Below, piece by piece: positions 41,531 through 52,575 of a stretch of DNA of 64,000 bases. Source of the DNA: an uncultured Verrucomicrobiae bacterium (GTDB lineage: Bacteria; Verrucomicrobiota; Verrucomicrobiia; Chthoniobacterales; Terrimicrobiaceae); the NCBI GenBank assembly GCA_963706955.1, contig CAVPOC010000007.1:42261-106260 (forward strand), given 5' to 3'. Position 1 is the first letter of the stretch, and every line of letters begins with the position of its first letter. Position numbers and translations under genes: made by a program. The notes under the pieces were generated by a model that saw only the letters and a list, made by a program, of their open reading frames with translations, had not been told where the DNA came from and searched no databases.

Positions 41531-43000
41531 ATGAATCCAAATTTATTGCTCCATAAGCTGGCCGGAAGGGTCGTCGCCACGCTCGCTGCAATCGTGATCA
41601 TGGGTCACGCTCATGCTGCTTTCTACGACAGACCCGTGACCGGGGCTCCTCCACCGCAGCCATCGTCGGAACCGTGGTTTGAACAATGGTGGAACGGAAA
41701 ATACGCCAGCGGAAATTGGTTCGGCGTTCGCGACACCCTTGAGGATCGTGGTCTGAAGCTCGGCGGAAGGTGGATCGGAGTCTACTATGGGGTCGTTGAC
41801 GGTGGCAGACCGGGTTTTCGAGGCAGCTACTTCGACGAGGAAATCAAATTTACTGGAGAACTCGACTTCGCCAAGGCGACCGGTTGGGAACCGCTGGAGG
41901 GCCTCAGGGGCTTTGGTGAAGTGCGCTGGCGCGACGGGTTAAATCCTAACCAGCGGGTTGGCGCCTCGGGCAACTTCCAGCCCTCTCATTTTCAATCCGG
42001 TAAACAGTGGCGCTTGATGACCTTCGGTCTCACCTACTTGACTCCGGAGCTCTTCGGCACCAAGGAGTTTTTGACTCTAACCGGCGGTTGGATTCAGCCG
42101 CAGAAAGAATTCATCGATCAGCCCCTTTCGAAGCAATTCGTGAACAATTCTTTTGAAAGCTCGAAGGGGATTGGAGCGAACATTCCCTTCTCATCCAGCT
42201 TCACAACCTGGGGTGGCACCCTAAGGATCAAACCGGTCGAATGGCATTATATCAAGGGAGGTCTTTTCATGTCGTATCCGCAGGCCACTTCAACCGATAA
42301 TCATGGATTGGCCTTCGAAGGTTTCGGACCTGACCCAAGCCAAAACGGATTGTTCGCGATTGGAGAGATCGGATTCACTCCAAAAATCGGTCCCTCGAAA
42401 CTTCCCGGTAAGTACGCCTTCGGTGGATACTACTACGAAGAGGAAAATACTTCCTTTTTCGGAACAGACTACAATGGGCGCTACGGATTCTATTGGCAGG
42501 TGGATCAGATGCTTTTTCGCGAGCCCTCCCCCGAAGCCCCCGCTCCGTTGGCCAAAGGTCCTTCAGACGGAAAATCGACGATGGACGGAAAGTCAGGCAA
42601 GGAAATAGAGGAGCCGGTTGTCGAGAAAAAGCCCAAACTCTCGGAGCAGGGTCTCTATTTCTTCAGCCTGTTCACCTACTCTCCGAAATACAACAACATC
42701 CTGCCGTTTTACTTTCACACCGGACTTGTCTATAGAGGCTTAATCCCGACGCGAGACAACGACCAACTGATGGCTGCGTTTAGCTTTGGTCAATACAGCT
42801 TCTACAATATCGAATCCCTCCAGCAACGAGGCAATGTCAATCAGCCTAATTACACGGGCGTCCTCGAGGTAGACTATCGCATTCAATTGAACAAATGGGC
42901 CTACCTTCAGCCTTACCTCCAATACATCATTCAACCCAATGGGACTGGTGCCATTGAGAATGCGACCATCCTCGGAGTGATGGCCGGGGTCATCTTTTGA
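41531..43000 (+). CDS. Carbohydrate-selective porin (OprB family)
   Basis: The ATG at 41531 gives a signal peptide MNPNLLLHKLAGRVVATLAAIVIMGHAHA. The protein is beta-rich and aromatic-rich, with a terminal F (VMAGVIF) and a WFGVRDTLEDRGLKLGG start typical of OprB-type porins. Confidence 0.7.
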   Translation: MNPNLLLHKLAGRVVATLAAIVIMGHAHAAFYDRPVTGAPPPQPSSEPWFEQWWNGKYASGNWFGVRDTLEDRGLKLGGRWIGVYYGVVDGGRPGFRGSYFDEEIKFTGELDFAKATGWEPLEGLRGFGEVRWRDGLNPNQRVGASGNFQPSHFQSGKQWRLMTFGLTYLTPELFGTKEFLTLTGGWIQPQKEFIDQPLSKQFVNNSFESSKGIGANIPFSSSFTTWGGTLRIKPVEWHYIKGGLFMSYPQATSTDNHGLAFEGFGPDPSQNGLFAIGEIGFTPKIGPSKLPGKYAFGGYYYEEENTSFFGTDYNGRYGFYWQVDQMLFREPSPEAPAPLAKGPSDGKSTMDGKSGKEIEEPVVEKKPKLSEQGLYFFSLFTYSPKYNNILPFYFHTGLVYRGLIPTRDNDQLMAAFSFGQYSFYNIESLQQRGNVNQPNYTGVLEVDYRIQLNKWAYLQPYLQYIIQPNGTGAIENATILGVMAGVIF

Positions 43001-43022
43001 TTTAGATCATCGCGGGGAAACG

Positions 43023-43056
43023 ACCGCCGCCGAGCAATGATTTGTCCGGCGGCGGT
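43023..43056 (+). terminator. Putative intrinsic terminator after the porin gene
   Basis: accgccgccg-14 nt loop-cggcggcggt followed by ttcgctctttgtt. Confidence 0.45.
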
Positions 43057-43375
43057 TTCGCTCTTTGTTGAGCTCCTGGCATCTTCCAGGCAAACTGGCG
43101 AACTCGCTTTTAACTCGCGCCGGTTTGCCAAAAACGTGGGCGTTACCGCTCACATCCAAGGGGCACGGCGAGGGCCGGGCCGAAAGGATTTGACACAAAT
43201 GATCGTGGCGCTTTCAATCAATCATTCCCCGTCCGGTCCATGCGTCCACATCCTGCATGCTCCTCCAATGACAGCAATGAAGCACACACGGCCCGGTCGA
43301 ATCGCTCGACCCTTCAGTGAAGCACGCAACGAGTAAGTGAATCGCGTTCCGCCTTCCACGGCAATCCCTCAAGCA

Positions 43376-44852
43376 ATGACTACCAAGCTCAACACCGCGA
43401 ACCTAAGCAAACTCGATCCGCAAATCCAAGTCCCTCGATACGATCGTCAGAAAGTCGGCCAGTCCATTATGCACGTGGGCGTGGGCGGCTTCCATCGAGC
43501 GCATCAAGCACTTTACTGCGACGACCTTCTCAACCAAGGCGAGGATTCGAAATGGGGGTTCTGCGGCGTGGGACTGCTCAAGCATGACGCGCGCATCCGT
43601 GACGTTATGCGTTCACAGGATTGCCTCTATACTCTGGTCGAACGGAGCCTGGCAGGCGATTCGGCTCGCGTGATTGGCTCGATTGTCAACTTTGCCTTCG
43701 CGCCGGACGATCCTCAAAAACTGCTCGAGCAAATGGCATCTCCGGAGCACACTGATCCTCTCGCTGACGATCACCGAGGGCGGATACTATATTGACCAGT
43801 CCACTGGTGAGCTCGATGCCAAGCATCCGGATCTTCAGCACGATCTTGCTCATCCGCATGAGCCCTCCTGTTCGTTCGGATATATTCTGGAGGCGCTTGA
43901 TCGAAGGCGCTTGCGTGGGCTGGCTCCCTGCACGCTGATGTCGTGCGATAACATTCAGAGCAATGGCGAAGTCGCTAAGAAAATGCTCACCGCCTTCGCC
44001 GAATTAAGGGATCCCGCCCTGAGAAACTGGCTCGACGAGAAATGCCTTTTCCCCAACAGCATGGTCGATCGCATCACTCCAGCAACTACCGACGAGCATC
44101 GCCAACTGGTCAGGGACAAATTCGGAATCGAAGACGGCTGGCCCGTCATGACCGAATCGTTCAAGCAGTGGGTCATCGAAGACCATTTCATTCAAGGACG
44201 TCCCAAGTGGGAACAAGTCGGCGCGCAGATGACCAGCGACGTGCTCCCTTACGAGAAAATGAAGCTGCGCCTGCTGAACGCCAGTCATCAGGCCCTTTGC
44301 TACATTGGAATGTTGCTCGGATACCAACTCGTCCACGAGACCATGGAAGACGCGGACATTCGCACGCTCGTTCAGAAAATGATGGATGAGGAAGTCACCC
44401 CGATTCTTTCACCGGTTCCCGGGGTTGACCTGACCGAATATAAGAAAACCCTGATTGAACGTTTCGCTAATCCGGCAATTCGCGATCAGCTTTCGCGCAT
44501 CGGCATCTATGGTTCTTCCGGAATTCCGAAGTTTGCCCTGCCGTCGGCCACTGATCAGCTCAAACGCGGCGGACCTGTCAAGCTCCTCAGCTTTACGGTG
44601 GCGTCATGGTTTCGCTATTTGAATGGACTAAATGAGTCCGGGAAGGAGATGCCGATGCTGGATCCGATGGCCGCAACCCTGCGAGATCGAGCCAAGGCGG
44701 CTGGCAAAGACGCGCGGAAACTTCTGGGTATGCGGGAAGTCTTTAGCGAAGAGCTCGCCAATGATGCGACCTTTAGCAAGGAAGTCTCGAAGATCTTCGA
44801 TAGCTTTTATAGCAAAGGCGCCCGGGCGACGTTGCGGGAATGCATTAGCTAG
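43376..44852 (+). CDS. Long-chain mannitol 2-dehydrogenase family enzyme (MtlK/fructuronate reductase-like), with a frame disruption near 43746-43750
   Basis: N-terminal ORF (MTTKLNTANL..., VGVGGFHRAHQALY) and ORF 43674..44852 (LSLTITEGGYY, MSCDNIQSNG, VDRITP). The frames join at EQMASPE / TLILSLTITEGGY. Confidence 0.85.
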
Positions 44853-44927
44853 CCTAAGGCATGTCCGGTGCACTGACGAGTTCTCGTAGGGATGCGGAGA
44901 CTTACTTAGCTTCAACCGATCTTCGAT

Positions 44928-44990
44928 TCTGTAGCGACGGTGTCCTCACCGTCGGGGCGCTCTTTCGGCGGTGGGGACACCGCCGCTACA
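44928..44990. repeat. REPIN-like doublet, locus E
   Basis: Left arm ctgtagcgacggtgtcctcaccgtcgggg, right arm cggcggtggggacaccgccgctacag. It lies between the convergent mtlK-like and Zn-ADH genes. Confidence 0.7.
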
Positions 44991-45028
44991 GTTTAAGAAA
45001 CTTTTCTTAGGTTCTCAGCCACGCAGAG

Positions 45029-46091
45029 CTACTTGAGCTCTTCATCGAAAACGACGGCGACCTTGCCAGACTTGCCGCTCGCCATAAGCGCATAAGCTTC
45101 GTCCGCTTTCTCGAGCGGAAATCTATCGGTAACGAGATCTTCGGGATGAATCTTCCAGCGGACGATGCGTTCCACTAAGTCCTCCATCAGCCAGATGCTG
45201 GTCACCCAGGAACCGTAGACCGTCTTCTGATCGTGAATCATATCGTAGCTGGGCTGCAGGGCCAACGTTCCTCCCTCCCCAACAAGCGCGATTTTCCCCC
45301 ACTTGCGCGTCGCTTGGATCGCCGTCAGGCGACCCTTGTCATTGCCACTGGCATCAAAGGCTCTCTCGACTCCGTGCCCGCCCGTCAGGTTTCGGATCTC
45401 TTCGACGTTGTGTGGCCCAGACTTGAGCACATGATCCGCCAAGCCCGAGTTTCCGCGCCACTTCGAGGCGATCTTCGACCACGTCGACCCCGATGAGCTT
45501 GTTCGCGCCGAGCGCCTTTGAAAGCATGAGCGCGGCGAGACCGACCGGACCCAGGCCCACAACCAGGACGGCGTCGTTTCCGGAAATCCCGATCTTTTCA
45601 AGTCCCTCATAGACGGTCCCAAAGCCGCAGGCGACTTGTGCGCCGTCGGTGTACGAGAGCTCGTCGGGCAAGCGCGACGAGGTCCTTCTCTTCCGCGAGG
45701 ATGTATTCGGCCATCCCCCATCCCTCTGCCAGCCATAGGCGGCGCGAAAGGAACTCGTGCAGCTGATCATGTAGCCGCGCCGGCAGTCGTTACAAACTCC
45801 GCACCCGGAAATGTGATAGACGATGACACGATCCCCTTTCTTAAATTTTTTCAAGCCGGGTCCCTCCTCGACGATTTGCCCGCAGGGTTCATGTCCCGCG
45901 ATCTTGTTTTGATAACCCTCAGGTCCCTTCCCAAGGTGTTCGCGGTAGATGGCTCTAATATCGCTGCCGCAGATCGTCGACGATTTTGTCTTGATTAAAA
46001 CCTGACCGTGCCCTGGCTCGGGGACCGCAAACTCCTTGAACTCTACCGTGCTGTTCCCGGGCAGCACTGCTCCCGTCATCGTTTTGCTCAT
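45029..46091 (-). CDS. Zinc-dependent medium-chain polyol/alcohol dehydrogenase (sorbitol dehydrogenase-like) carrying three apparent 1-nt frame disruptions
   Basis: [12 protein letters not shown] and [10 protein letters not shown] Zn motifs, GLGPVGL Rossmann motif. The canonical [17 protein letters not shown] is readable only in a shifted frame between about 45715 and about 45670. A third shift at about 45437-45443 joins RKLGL / ADHVLKSG. Confidence 0.8.
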
Positions 46092-46161
46092 AAGCTATGA
46101 GGTTGTCTTCTAATAACCGGGCGCCTGCACTATCATGCAAGGCGAGATGTGGGGACGGGCG

Positions 46162-47292
46162 TTAGCCCTTGATGACCTTTTCAGTTTGGACGTCGAAAAG
46201 ATGGACCTTCTCCATGTTCAATTGAACGGTCAACTGTTCGCCGGGATGGTAGTGATGCTCGCCGGGCACGCGGGCGATGACAGTGCCCGTTCCTGCCTTG
46301 AGATAGACGATTGACTCCGAGCCCATCGGTTCCGATATCTCGATGACCGAGCTGATCGGGACGTGGGCTGGATCGCTGACCTGGTCGCTGAGATGCTCGG
46401 GACGGATGCCGAAGATAATCGGCTTGCCCTCGTAAGGGGCGGCCAGGGTCTCGAGCTTGCCGCGTAGGGGAATGGTCAAGGCGTTTTGCTGGGCATCCTC
46501 GACAAAGCTCAGCCCTCCATCGAGCTTCTGCACTTTGCCTTTGAGGAGGTTCATCGGCGGACTGCCAATGAAGCCGGCCACAAAAATGTTCTCCGGCTGG
46601 CGATAGAGAGTCAGGGGATCGGCAATTTGCATGATGTTGCCATCGCGCATCACACAGATGCGGTCTCCCATGGTCATGGCCTCTACTTGATCGTGGGTCA
46701 CATAGACCATGGTAGTGGTCAATTGGGTATGCAGTCGGGAGATCTCCGAACGCATGTGCACCCGCATCTTAGCGTCCAGATTGGAAAGCGGCTCGTCAAA
46801 GAGGAACACCTTCGGATCCCGCACAATCGCTCTCCCGAGGGCCACTCTTTGGCGCTGGCCTCCGGAAAGCGCTCCAGGCTTGCGGTCGAGCATTTTGTCC
46901 AACCCGAGGCTCTTCGCAGTCTTCGTGACGGTCTGCTGGATGAAGTCCTTGGGCTTTTTCGCCAACTTCAAGCCAAAGGCGATATTGTCGAAAATGCTCA
47001 TGTGCGGATAGAGCGCGTAGTTTTGAAAGACCATCGCGATCCCGCGATCCTTGGGATGCACATTGTTGACCACGCGGTCACCGATGGCAATGCTTCCGCT
47101 GGTGATGTGCTCTAACCCGGCCAGCATCCGCAACGTCGTCGACTTGCCACAGCCCGAAGGACCCACCAGGACCATGAACTCGCCGTTCTGAATCTCCAGA
47201 TTGATGTTCTTGACGGCGGTGAACGACGGCTTGCCATGCTCGTCAAGATACGTTTTGACCAAATTCTTAATGTGAACCGCTCCGTCGTTCAT
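46162..47292 (-). CDS. Sugar/polyol ABC transporter ATP-binding protein (MalK/UgpC/SmoK-like)
   Basis: GPSGCGKST Walker [15 protein letters not shown] signature, [11 protein letters not shown], and a C-terminal TOBE-like domain. Confidence 0.9.
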   Translation of the reverse strand: MNDGAVHIKNLVKTYLDEHGKPSFTAVKNINLEIQNGEFMVLVGPSGCGKSTTLRMLAGLEHITSGSIAIGDRVVNNVHPKDRGIAMVFQNYALYPHMSIFDNIAFGLKLAKKPKDFIQQTVTKTAKSLGLDKMLDRKPGALSGGQRQRVALGRAIVRDPKVFLFDEPLSNLDAKMRVHMRSEISRLHTQLTTTMVYVTHDQVEAMTMGDRICVMRDGNIMQIADPLTLYRQPENIFVAGFIGSPPMNLLKGKVQKLDGGLSFVEDAQQNALTIPLRGKLETLAAPYEGKPIIFGIRPEHLSDQVSDPAHVPISSVIEISEPMGSESIVYLKAGTGTVIARVPGEHHYHPGEQLTVQLNMEKVHLFDVQTEKVIKG

Positions 47293-47304
47293 AAGCTTTC
47301 TTTT

Positions 47305-48120
47305 CTATTTGACCGCTCCAAAGGTCAATCCGCGCACCAGTTGTTTCTGGGTCATCCAGCCCAGCACCATGATCGGGGCTACCGCCAGGAAGGAAGCCGC
47401 CGACAGCTTTGCCCAGAAGAGCCCCTCCGGACTCGAATAAGAGGCGATAAAGACCGGCAACGGCGCTGCGTTCACACTCGTCAGATTCAAGCTCCAAAAC
47501 GCCTCATTCCACGACAAGATCACCAGGAGCAGTCCCGTCGAAGAGAGACCCGGGAGGGTCATCGGCCGGAGGACATGCCACATTTCTTGCCAGATCGTGG
47601 CGCCATCGATCCGCGCCGCCTCCAGAATGGCCGCTGGGATTTCGCAGAAATAGGTGTAGGCCATCCAGACTGCTATCGGCAAGTTGATCAGCGCGTAGAT
47701 GACGATCAGGGCAACGATGTTATCCAAAACGCCAAAGAATTGGCAGAGGATATAGAGCGGAATTAACACACCCACTGCTGGCATCATCTTGGTTGACAAC
47801 ATCCACACCAAGGTCGACTGCGTCTTCGGTGTCGGATAAAAGGCCATCCGATAGGCTGCCGGGATCGCCAAGGCAAAGCACAAGAGTGTCGAGCCGATGG
47901 AAGCCAAAATAGAGTTCCACACGTAGACCGCGTAGTTGCTCCGCGCGAAGACCTCGTAGAAGGATACCAAGGTCGGAATAAAGAACAAACTCAAGCTCTG
48001 GGCTTCCCGCTCGTTCTTAAAAGCCGTAATGATCATCACAAAGATCGGGAAGAAGATGGTCAGGGCGACCAGCCAGGCCAAGATCCCCCACGCCCATTTG
48101 CTAAGCTTCGACTCGTGCAT
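47305..48120 (-). CDS. Carbohydrate ABC transporter permease (MalG/SmoG-like)
   Basis: 271-aa polytopic ORF with an EAA-type loop (EAARIDGATIWQEMWHVLRPMTLPG). Confidence 0.9.
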   Translation of the reverse strand: MHESKLSKWAWGILAWLVALTIFFPIFVMIITAFKNEREAQSLSLFFIPTLVSFYEVFARSNYAVYVWNSILASIGSTLLCFALAIPAAYRMAFYPTPKTQSTLVWMLSTKMMPAVGVLIPLYILCQFFGVLDNIVALIVIYALINLPIAVWMAYTYFCEIPAAILEAARIDGATIWQEMWHVLRPMTLPGLSSTGLLLVILSWNEAFWSLNLTSVNAAPLPVFIASYSSPEGLFWAKLSAASFLAVAPIMVLGWMTQKQLVRGLTFGAVK

Positions 48121-48127
48121 ACTCTTT

Positions 48128-48976
48128 CTAGCGTGTCTGGAGGTTGCGGGACATCAGTCGAACCATGAAGAAGGCGACAACGTTGGCCAGCACCACTGCC
48201 AAAATGCCTCCGGCCGAGGCAATTCCCGCATCAAACTGCTGCAGGCCCAACGAATACACCAAAAACGCCAGGTTGGTCGTGGCCGTCCCGGGCCCGCCTG
48301 AGGTCGTCGTGTAGATCTCGGCAAAGATCGAGAGCAAGAAGATCGTCTCGATCATCACCACCACGCCAATCGCTCGGCTCAGATGCGAGAGGGTCACATA
48401 AAAGAAGAACTGCACCGGATTGGCGCCATCTACTGCCGCCGCCTCCTTCTGCTCCTGGTCCAGGCTCTTGATCGAGGTGAACAAGATCAAAAAGGCAAAG
48501 GGCAGCCATTCCCAGGACACAATGATGATGATGGACAACAGTGGATGCGTGCTGAACCAATCGATGGCCGGCAGTCCAAGCTTGTTCATCGTCACCGCGA
48601 GGAATCCATAGACCGGGTGCATCATCATGTTCTTCCAAATGAGCGCACTCACCGTCGGCATCACAAAAAACGGGGCAATCACCAGCAAGGTGGCCACGTT
48701 CTTGCCGAAGAAGTCCCGGTCAAAGAGCACCGCAAAGAGCGTCCCTAAAACCACCGTGATAATCAGCACCGCCCCGATTAAGATGATGCTGTTGATGATC
48801 GCCGGGATAAAGGCCGGATCCTCCCACAAATACCTGTAGTTCTCCAGCCCGGCAAAGCCAGTCAGCTCAGGATTAAGCAGATTTTTGCGGATGAAGGAAA
48901 AGTAGATCGTCATCCCCAAGGGGACGATCATCCACAAGAACAACACCGCCACCGAGGGAAACTGCAGCAAAGGCAA
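48128..48976 (-). CDS. Carbohydrate ABC transporter permease (MalF/SmoF-like)
   Basis: 282-aa polytopic ORF with an EAA-type loop (EAAAVDGANPVQFFFYVTLSHL). Confidence 0.9.
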   Translation of the reverse strand: MPLLQFPSVAVLFLWMIVPLGMTIYFSFIRKNLLNPELTGFAGLENYRYLWEDPAFIPAIINSIILIGAVLIITVVLGTLFAVLFDRDFFGKNVATLLVIAPFFVMPTVSALIWKNMMMHPVYGFLAVTMNKLGLPAIDWFSTHPLLSIIIIVSWEWLPFAFLILFTSIKSLDQEQKEAAAVDGANPVQFFFYVTLSHLSRAIGVVVMIETIFLLSIFAEIYTTTSGGPGTATTNLAFLVYSLGLQQFDAGIASAGGILAVVLANVVAFFMVRLMSRNLQTR

Positions 48977-49102
48977 CAGGAGGCTCGGCTTAGCCCTCCA
49001 CCTCAGGCTCGACAGAGCTTGCGGGGACTACGGGCTGTGGAGCGGTGCTCACTTTACATCTTCAAAGCACAACCAGAGTTTTTTTATCCCCTCTTTCGCC
49101 GT

Positions 49103-50410
49103 TTACTTCTGCAATCCCGCCTGCTTGACGGCTTTGTTCGCTGCCGCCTGGCTCGCCTTTAAGGCGGCATCCACCGTCATCTTTCCCGCCAGCGCTCCCG
49201 CGACATTCTGCCCGACCACCGTTCCAAAGGACTGAAACTCCGGAATCCCGACAAACTGCACACCCGTGTACGGCACCGGCCGGATCGCCGGATTGGTCGG
49301 ATCCGCCGTCTGCATCGCTTTCAGCGTGACCGCCGCAAACGGTGCCGCTTTTTGATACTCCGCATTGTCATAGAGAGACTTCCGCGTTCCGGGCGGCACC
49401 GTCGCCCACCCAGTCTCGTCGGCTACCATCTTGATATACTCTTTGGAGGTTGCCCACAGCGCAAACTTCTTGGCCTCCTCTGCCGCCTTCGAACTCTTTG
49501 GGATGGCAAAGGCCCACGACCAGAGCCAGTGGGATCCATTAGGCGTCTTCTCGATCGGTGCGTTGGCAAAGGCCACCTTGTCGGAAACCTGCGACTCCTT
49601 CGGGTCAAAAAGCGGGCCGGCTCCAGAGGTCGCATCGATCCACATCGCCGCCTTTCCGGTAGCAAAGATCGTCAGGTTCTCGTTGAACCCATTCGAGGTT
49701 GCTCCGGGCGGTCCGGATGCCTTCATCAAATCCACGTAGTAGCTAATCGCACTCTTCCACTCCGGACTTTCAATGGTCGCCTTCCACTCCATGTCGAACC
49801 ACGTCCCCCCGAAGGTGTTTACCAGCGTGCTGACAAAGGCCATGTTCTCTCCCCAGCCCGGCTTCCCGCGCAAGGTGATCCCATAGATTCCCTTGCCTTT
49901 GTCGGTGAGCGCCTCCGCCCATTTCTTGATGTCCGCATAGGTCGCCTGCTCCGGCATCGTGATCCCCTTGGCGTCGAAAAGATCCTTGCGATACATCAAC
50001 ATCGAACTCTCTCCGTTGAAGGGCAGCGCGTAGAGCTTTCCATCATAGGACAAGCCGTCGCGCAGGCTCTTGAAGACGTCCTCGATATCGTATTCTGCCG
50101 GCAGATTCGCCATCTCCGTCAGCCAGCCTCGCTTGGCAAAGATCGGCGCCTCATACAGCCCAATGAAAATAACGTCAAATTGCCCGCCCCCGGTCGACAC
50201 GTCCGTCGTGATCCGTTGGCGCATGATGTTCTCTTCCAGAACCAGCCAATTTAATTTGATGTTCGGATTGGCCTCTTCGAACTTTGTCGAAAGTTTCTTT
50301 AAGGTGATCATGTCCGGATTATTCACCGTGACGATGTTCACCGTTTTTTGCTGAGCGAGGACGTTCAAGCTCGTCAGGAGGATGATAGCGAGGGAGAGAA
50401 GACGTTTCAT
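49103..50410 (-). CDS. Extracellular solute-binding protein family 1 (polyol/sugar binding, SmoE/MtlE-like)
   Basis: 435-aa ORF with signal peptide MKRLLSLAIILLTSLNVLAQQ. It is the first gene of a four-gene ABC operon on the minus strand. Confidence 0.9.
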   Translation of the reverse strand: MKRLLSLAIILLTSLNVLAQQKTVNIVTVNNPDMITLKKLSTKFEEANPNIKLNWLVLEENIMRQRITTDVSTGGGQFDVIFIGLYEAPIFAKRGWLTEMANLPAEYDIEDVFKSLRDGLSYDGKLYALPFNGESSMLMYRKDLFDAKGITMPEQATYADIKKWAEALTDKGKGIYGITLRGKPGWGENMAFVSTLVNTFGGTWFDMEWKATIESPEWKSAISYYVDLMKASGPPGATSNGFNENLTIFATGKAAMWIDATSGAGPLFDPKESQVSDKVAFANAPIEKTPNGSHWLWSWAFAIPKSSKAAEEAKKFALWATSKEYIKMVADETGWATVPPGTRKSLYDNAEYQKAAPFAAVTLKAMQTADPTNPAIRPVPYTGVQFVGIPEFQSFGTVVGQNVAGALAGKMTVDAALKASQAAANKAVKQAGLQK

Positions 50411-50839
50411 GGGAGAACTGAGTTGTGGTTACGTTATCTTTGTGGCGGAGGGGGGACCTCTGGCGGAAGCCCTTGGCGAGAGCATCCACCCAACGTCAGC
50501 CATCCTGACGCAATTTGATCGACCACGCAAACCCCTTTTTTTACCGCCCAGCTAAACTGGTAGGACAGCGCCTCGTCTTCATCTCATCAATTAGCTACCC
50601 GTTAAGGGTAAGCGGCTTCCAACGTCGGGCGAAAGGGCTAAGGACATTTGAGCAGCTATCACTTGCGGGCCGTTGAACCGTCGGGCGCAGCCGAGATCCC
50701 GCGGCCGCAGTTAGCCTTCTAACTGCCTGTCAACATCTCAAGGGTCGTTGAGCACGTGACTAGAGCGCTTCCGTCGGCCAGCCGGCGGGCTGGCTTCCGA
50801 CCACCTATTCCCCAAAGATCGCGCCGTCCACACCGGCGA

Positions 50840-51400
50840 TCATGAAGGCTCGCTATCCGCATTCGAGTAATCAAGCCGCGCCTGGTAGTCTTGATAAAGC
50901 CGGGCATAGGGTTCGACCCAGGCCGTCACAGGCTGAATTTCTTGCAGGTTCAGTCCCTCTACAAACGGCAATGCGACGCCTGCACCTTGCGCTGCGATGA
51001 GAGCTGCGCCGATGGCGGTAAGTTCAGGCTCATCGACCACGGTCACCGGTTGGCCAAAAATGCTGGCGCGCAATTCTACGAAGGCGTGCGATCGTGCCCA
51101 GCCGCCAGCTGCGAAAATCGGGGCAGGCGTGGCCCCGACCCTCAATATCTCATCAAACATCCGTCGAGCGTAGAAGGTCGCCGCCTCTAATACGGTTCGC
51201 ACATCCGCTTCGGTCGGTTCGTTCCCAGATCGCAAGAGTAATTCGTCAGAAGCCGGAATCGGAATTGGACGGTCGCCAGGAACGCCCGGGATGCGCTCCA
51301 ACGCAAGCAACCGCCTGACAAGGTCGGTGGTCCCGCGATGCGGATGAATCGCCGCCGCCAATTCAAAAACGCCGAGGTAGGATAAGCCATCATTGCCCAT
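50840..51400 (-). pseudogene. C-terminal fragment of an FGGY-family carbohydrate kinase (xylulokinase/ribulokinase-like)
   Basis: Only the FGGY_C part is present (IFAAGGWARSHAFVELRASIFGQPVTVVDEPELTAIGAALIAAQGAG). Its 5' side abuts IS256-like sequence at about 51400. Confidence 0.65.
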
Positions 51401-51990
51401 CGCCGGTCCTCCCAGTCAATACCGATAGCCACCAGCACGGCTCGTGAGCGGATCACTCTGCTCTCACGCGGTTTTTCATATCGCGTGTCGACGATGAGGT
51501 AGGGATACTCGCTATCCAACCCGCACCGAGCAAAGCGTCCGAGTTCGTTATCCAGCTTCTTATTGATCGAATCGCGCTCGCACTAAAGCTGTGCCCGCAG
51601 AGCTCTTCGCTGATCGCTTTAACTTTCCGAATCGACACTCCTTGGAAGCACCTCTCCCTCAGCGCAGCGACCCGCGCTCTCGCTGCGCTTGTAGCGCTCG
51701 AAGTTCTCAGTGAAAAATCGCCCTGGCGATCTTGGGGAACTCTTAACTAGAGTTTTCCTATTCGCGTGACCAAGCTCCGGTTATAGTAGCCGCCGCGATA
51801 ACTTAGACGCCTGTCGGCTCGCTCTCCTTTCTCCGCTCCGACGGCTTACGCCATCTCCGCTTCAAGAAATTCCTGGATGACACTGCGTACCAGCGGACCG
51901 AAAAAATCCCGTCTTCACCACTCATCGCTTCTCTTCGGTTCCTTTGTTATCTCTCTTTTGAGTCAAGGTTCGATACTCCGTTCGGTTGTT
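51401..51990 (-). mobile_element. IS256-family (mutator-type) transposase remnant: N-terminal half only, with stops and frameshifts
   Basis: Minus-strand frames read GPLVRSVIQEFLEAEMA-stop-AVGAEKGERADRRLSYRGGYYNRSLVTRIGKL, FTENFERYKRSESA, SIRKVKAISEELCGHSFSASAI and YPYLIVDTRYEKPRESRVIRSRAVLVAIGIDWEDRR. These are collinear with IS256 transposases but spread over several frames. The boundaries are approximate. Confidence 0.7.
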
Positions 51991-52048
51991 TTTCACTCCA
52001 ACTGCTTACCAAGACCTCGTCTCTTTACGGAACTTTCAGACACTACGT

Positions 52049-52143
52049 TGCTAGCAGCACTGTGCGCTTACGATGCGTGCGCATATTGCGAGGATTTGTG
52101 CGCAAATTAGCGCTATTCATCGAAGATTCAAGCTGCATATAAT
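52049..52143 (+). promoter_or_regulatory. Regulatory cassette copy 1: first 13 codons of a XylR-like gene (minus strand), two TGCGCA boxes 21 bp apart, and a TATAAT element
   Basis: gtgcgcatattgcg at 52077-52090, gtgcgcaaattagcg at 52098-52112, ttcat(-35-like)-N-tataat at 52138-52143. It is homologous to 55910-56015 and 60718-60813. Confidence 0.45.
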
Positions 52144-52575
52144 TGCGCAAGAAGCTCCCTCCAAAACGAATTTTTCGTCCTAGAATCGAATAAACTATTA
52201 CCAATAAACCACTTATCTAGAACAAGAAGAAAAGTATGAAAAGGCTTTTCATCTCTGCTATATGCGCGAGGAACAGCGCGCGAGCGCCAATGAAATTTTG
52301 TGAGAGTGCCAGCGGCAACTTCTACGATGGGCTAACCGGCGAAAGCCCATCTGAAATGCCTATATTCCTTACCAGACCCGACTTTGACGCTCACGGCCGA
52401 GGCGCGGGCTAGGCGACCAGCTCCATTTCGAGTCGGGCATGAAGCACTGTATCAATCGGGACGGAGAATCTTTTCGTGTTCGAGCGCTTCATTGATCCCA
52501 GGGATGGATAGGACCGCGCGTCGATCTACGAGCCGGATGCCGTATGAAGTGCGCCAGTCGCAATCTCTCCCGCTT

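Noticed and set aside
49352-50254. 300-aa plus-strand ORF
   Set aside because: It is antisense to the solute-binding-protein gene and its composition is dominated by Arg/Leu/Pro. It is a shadow ORF.
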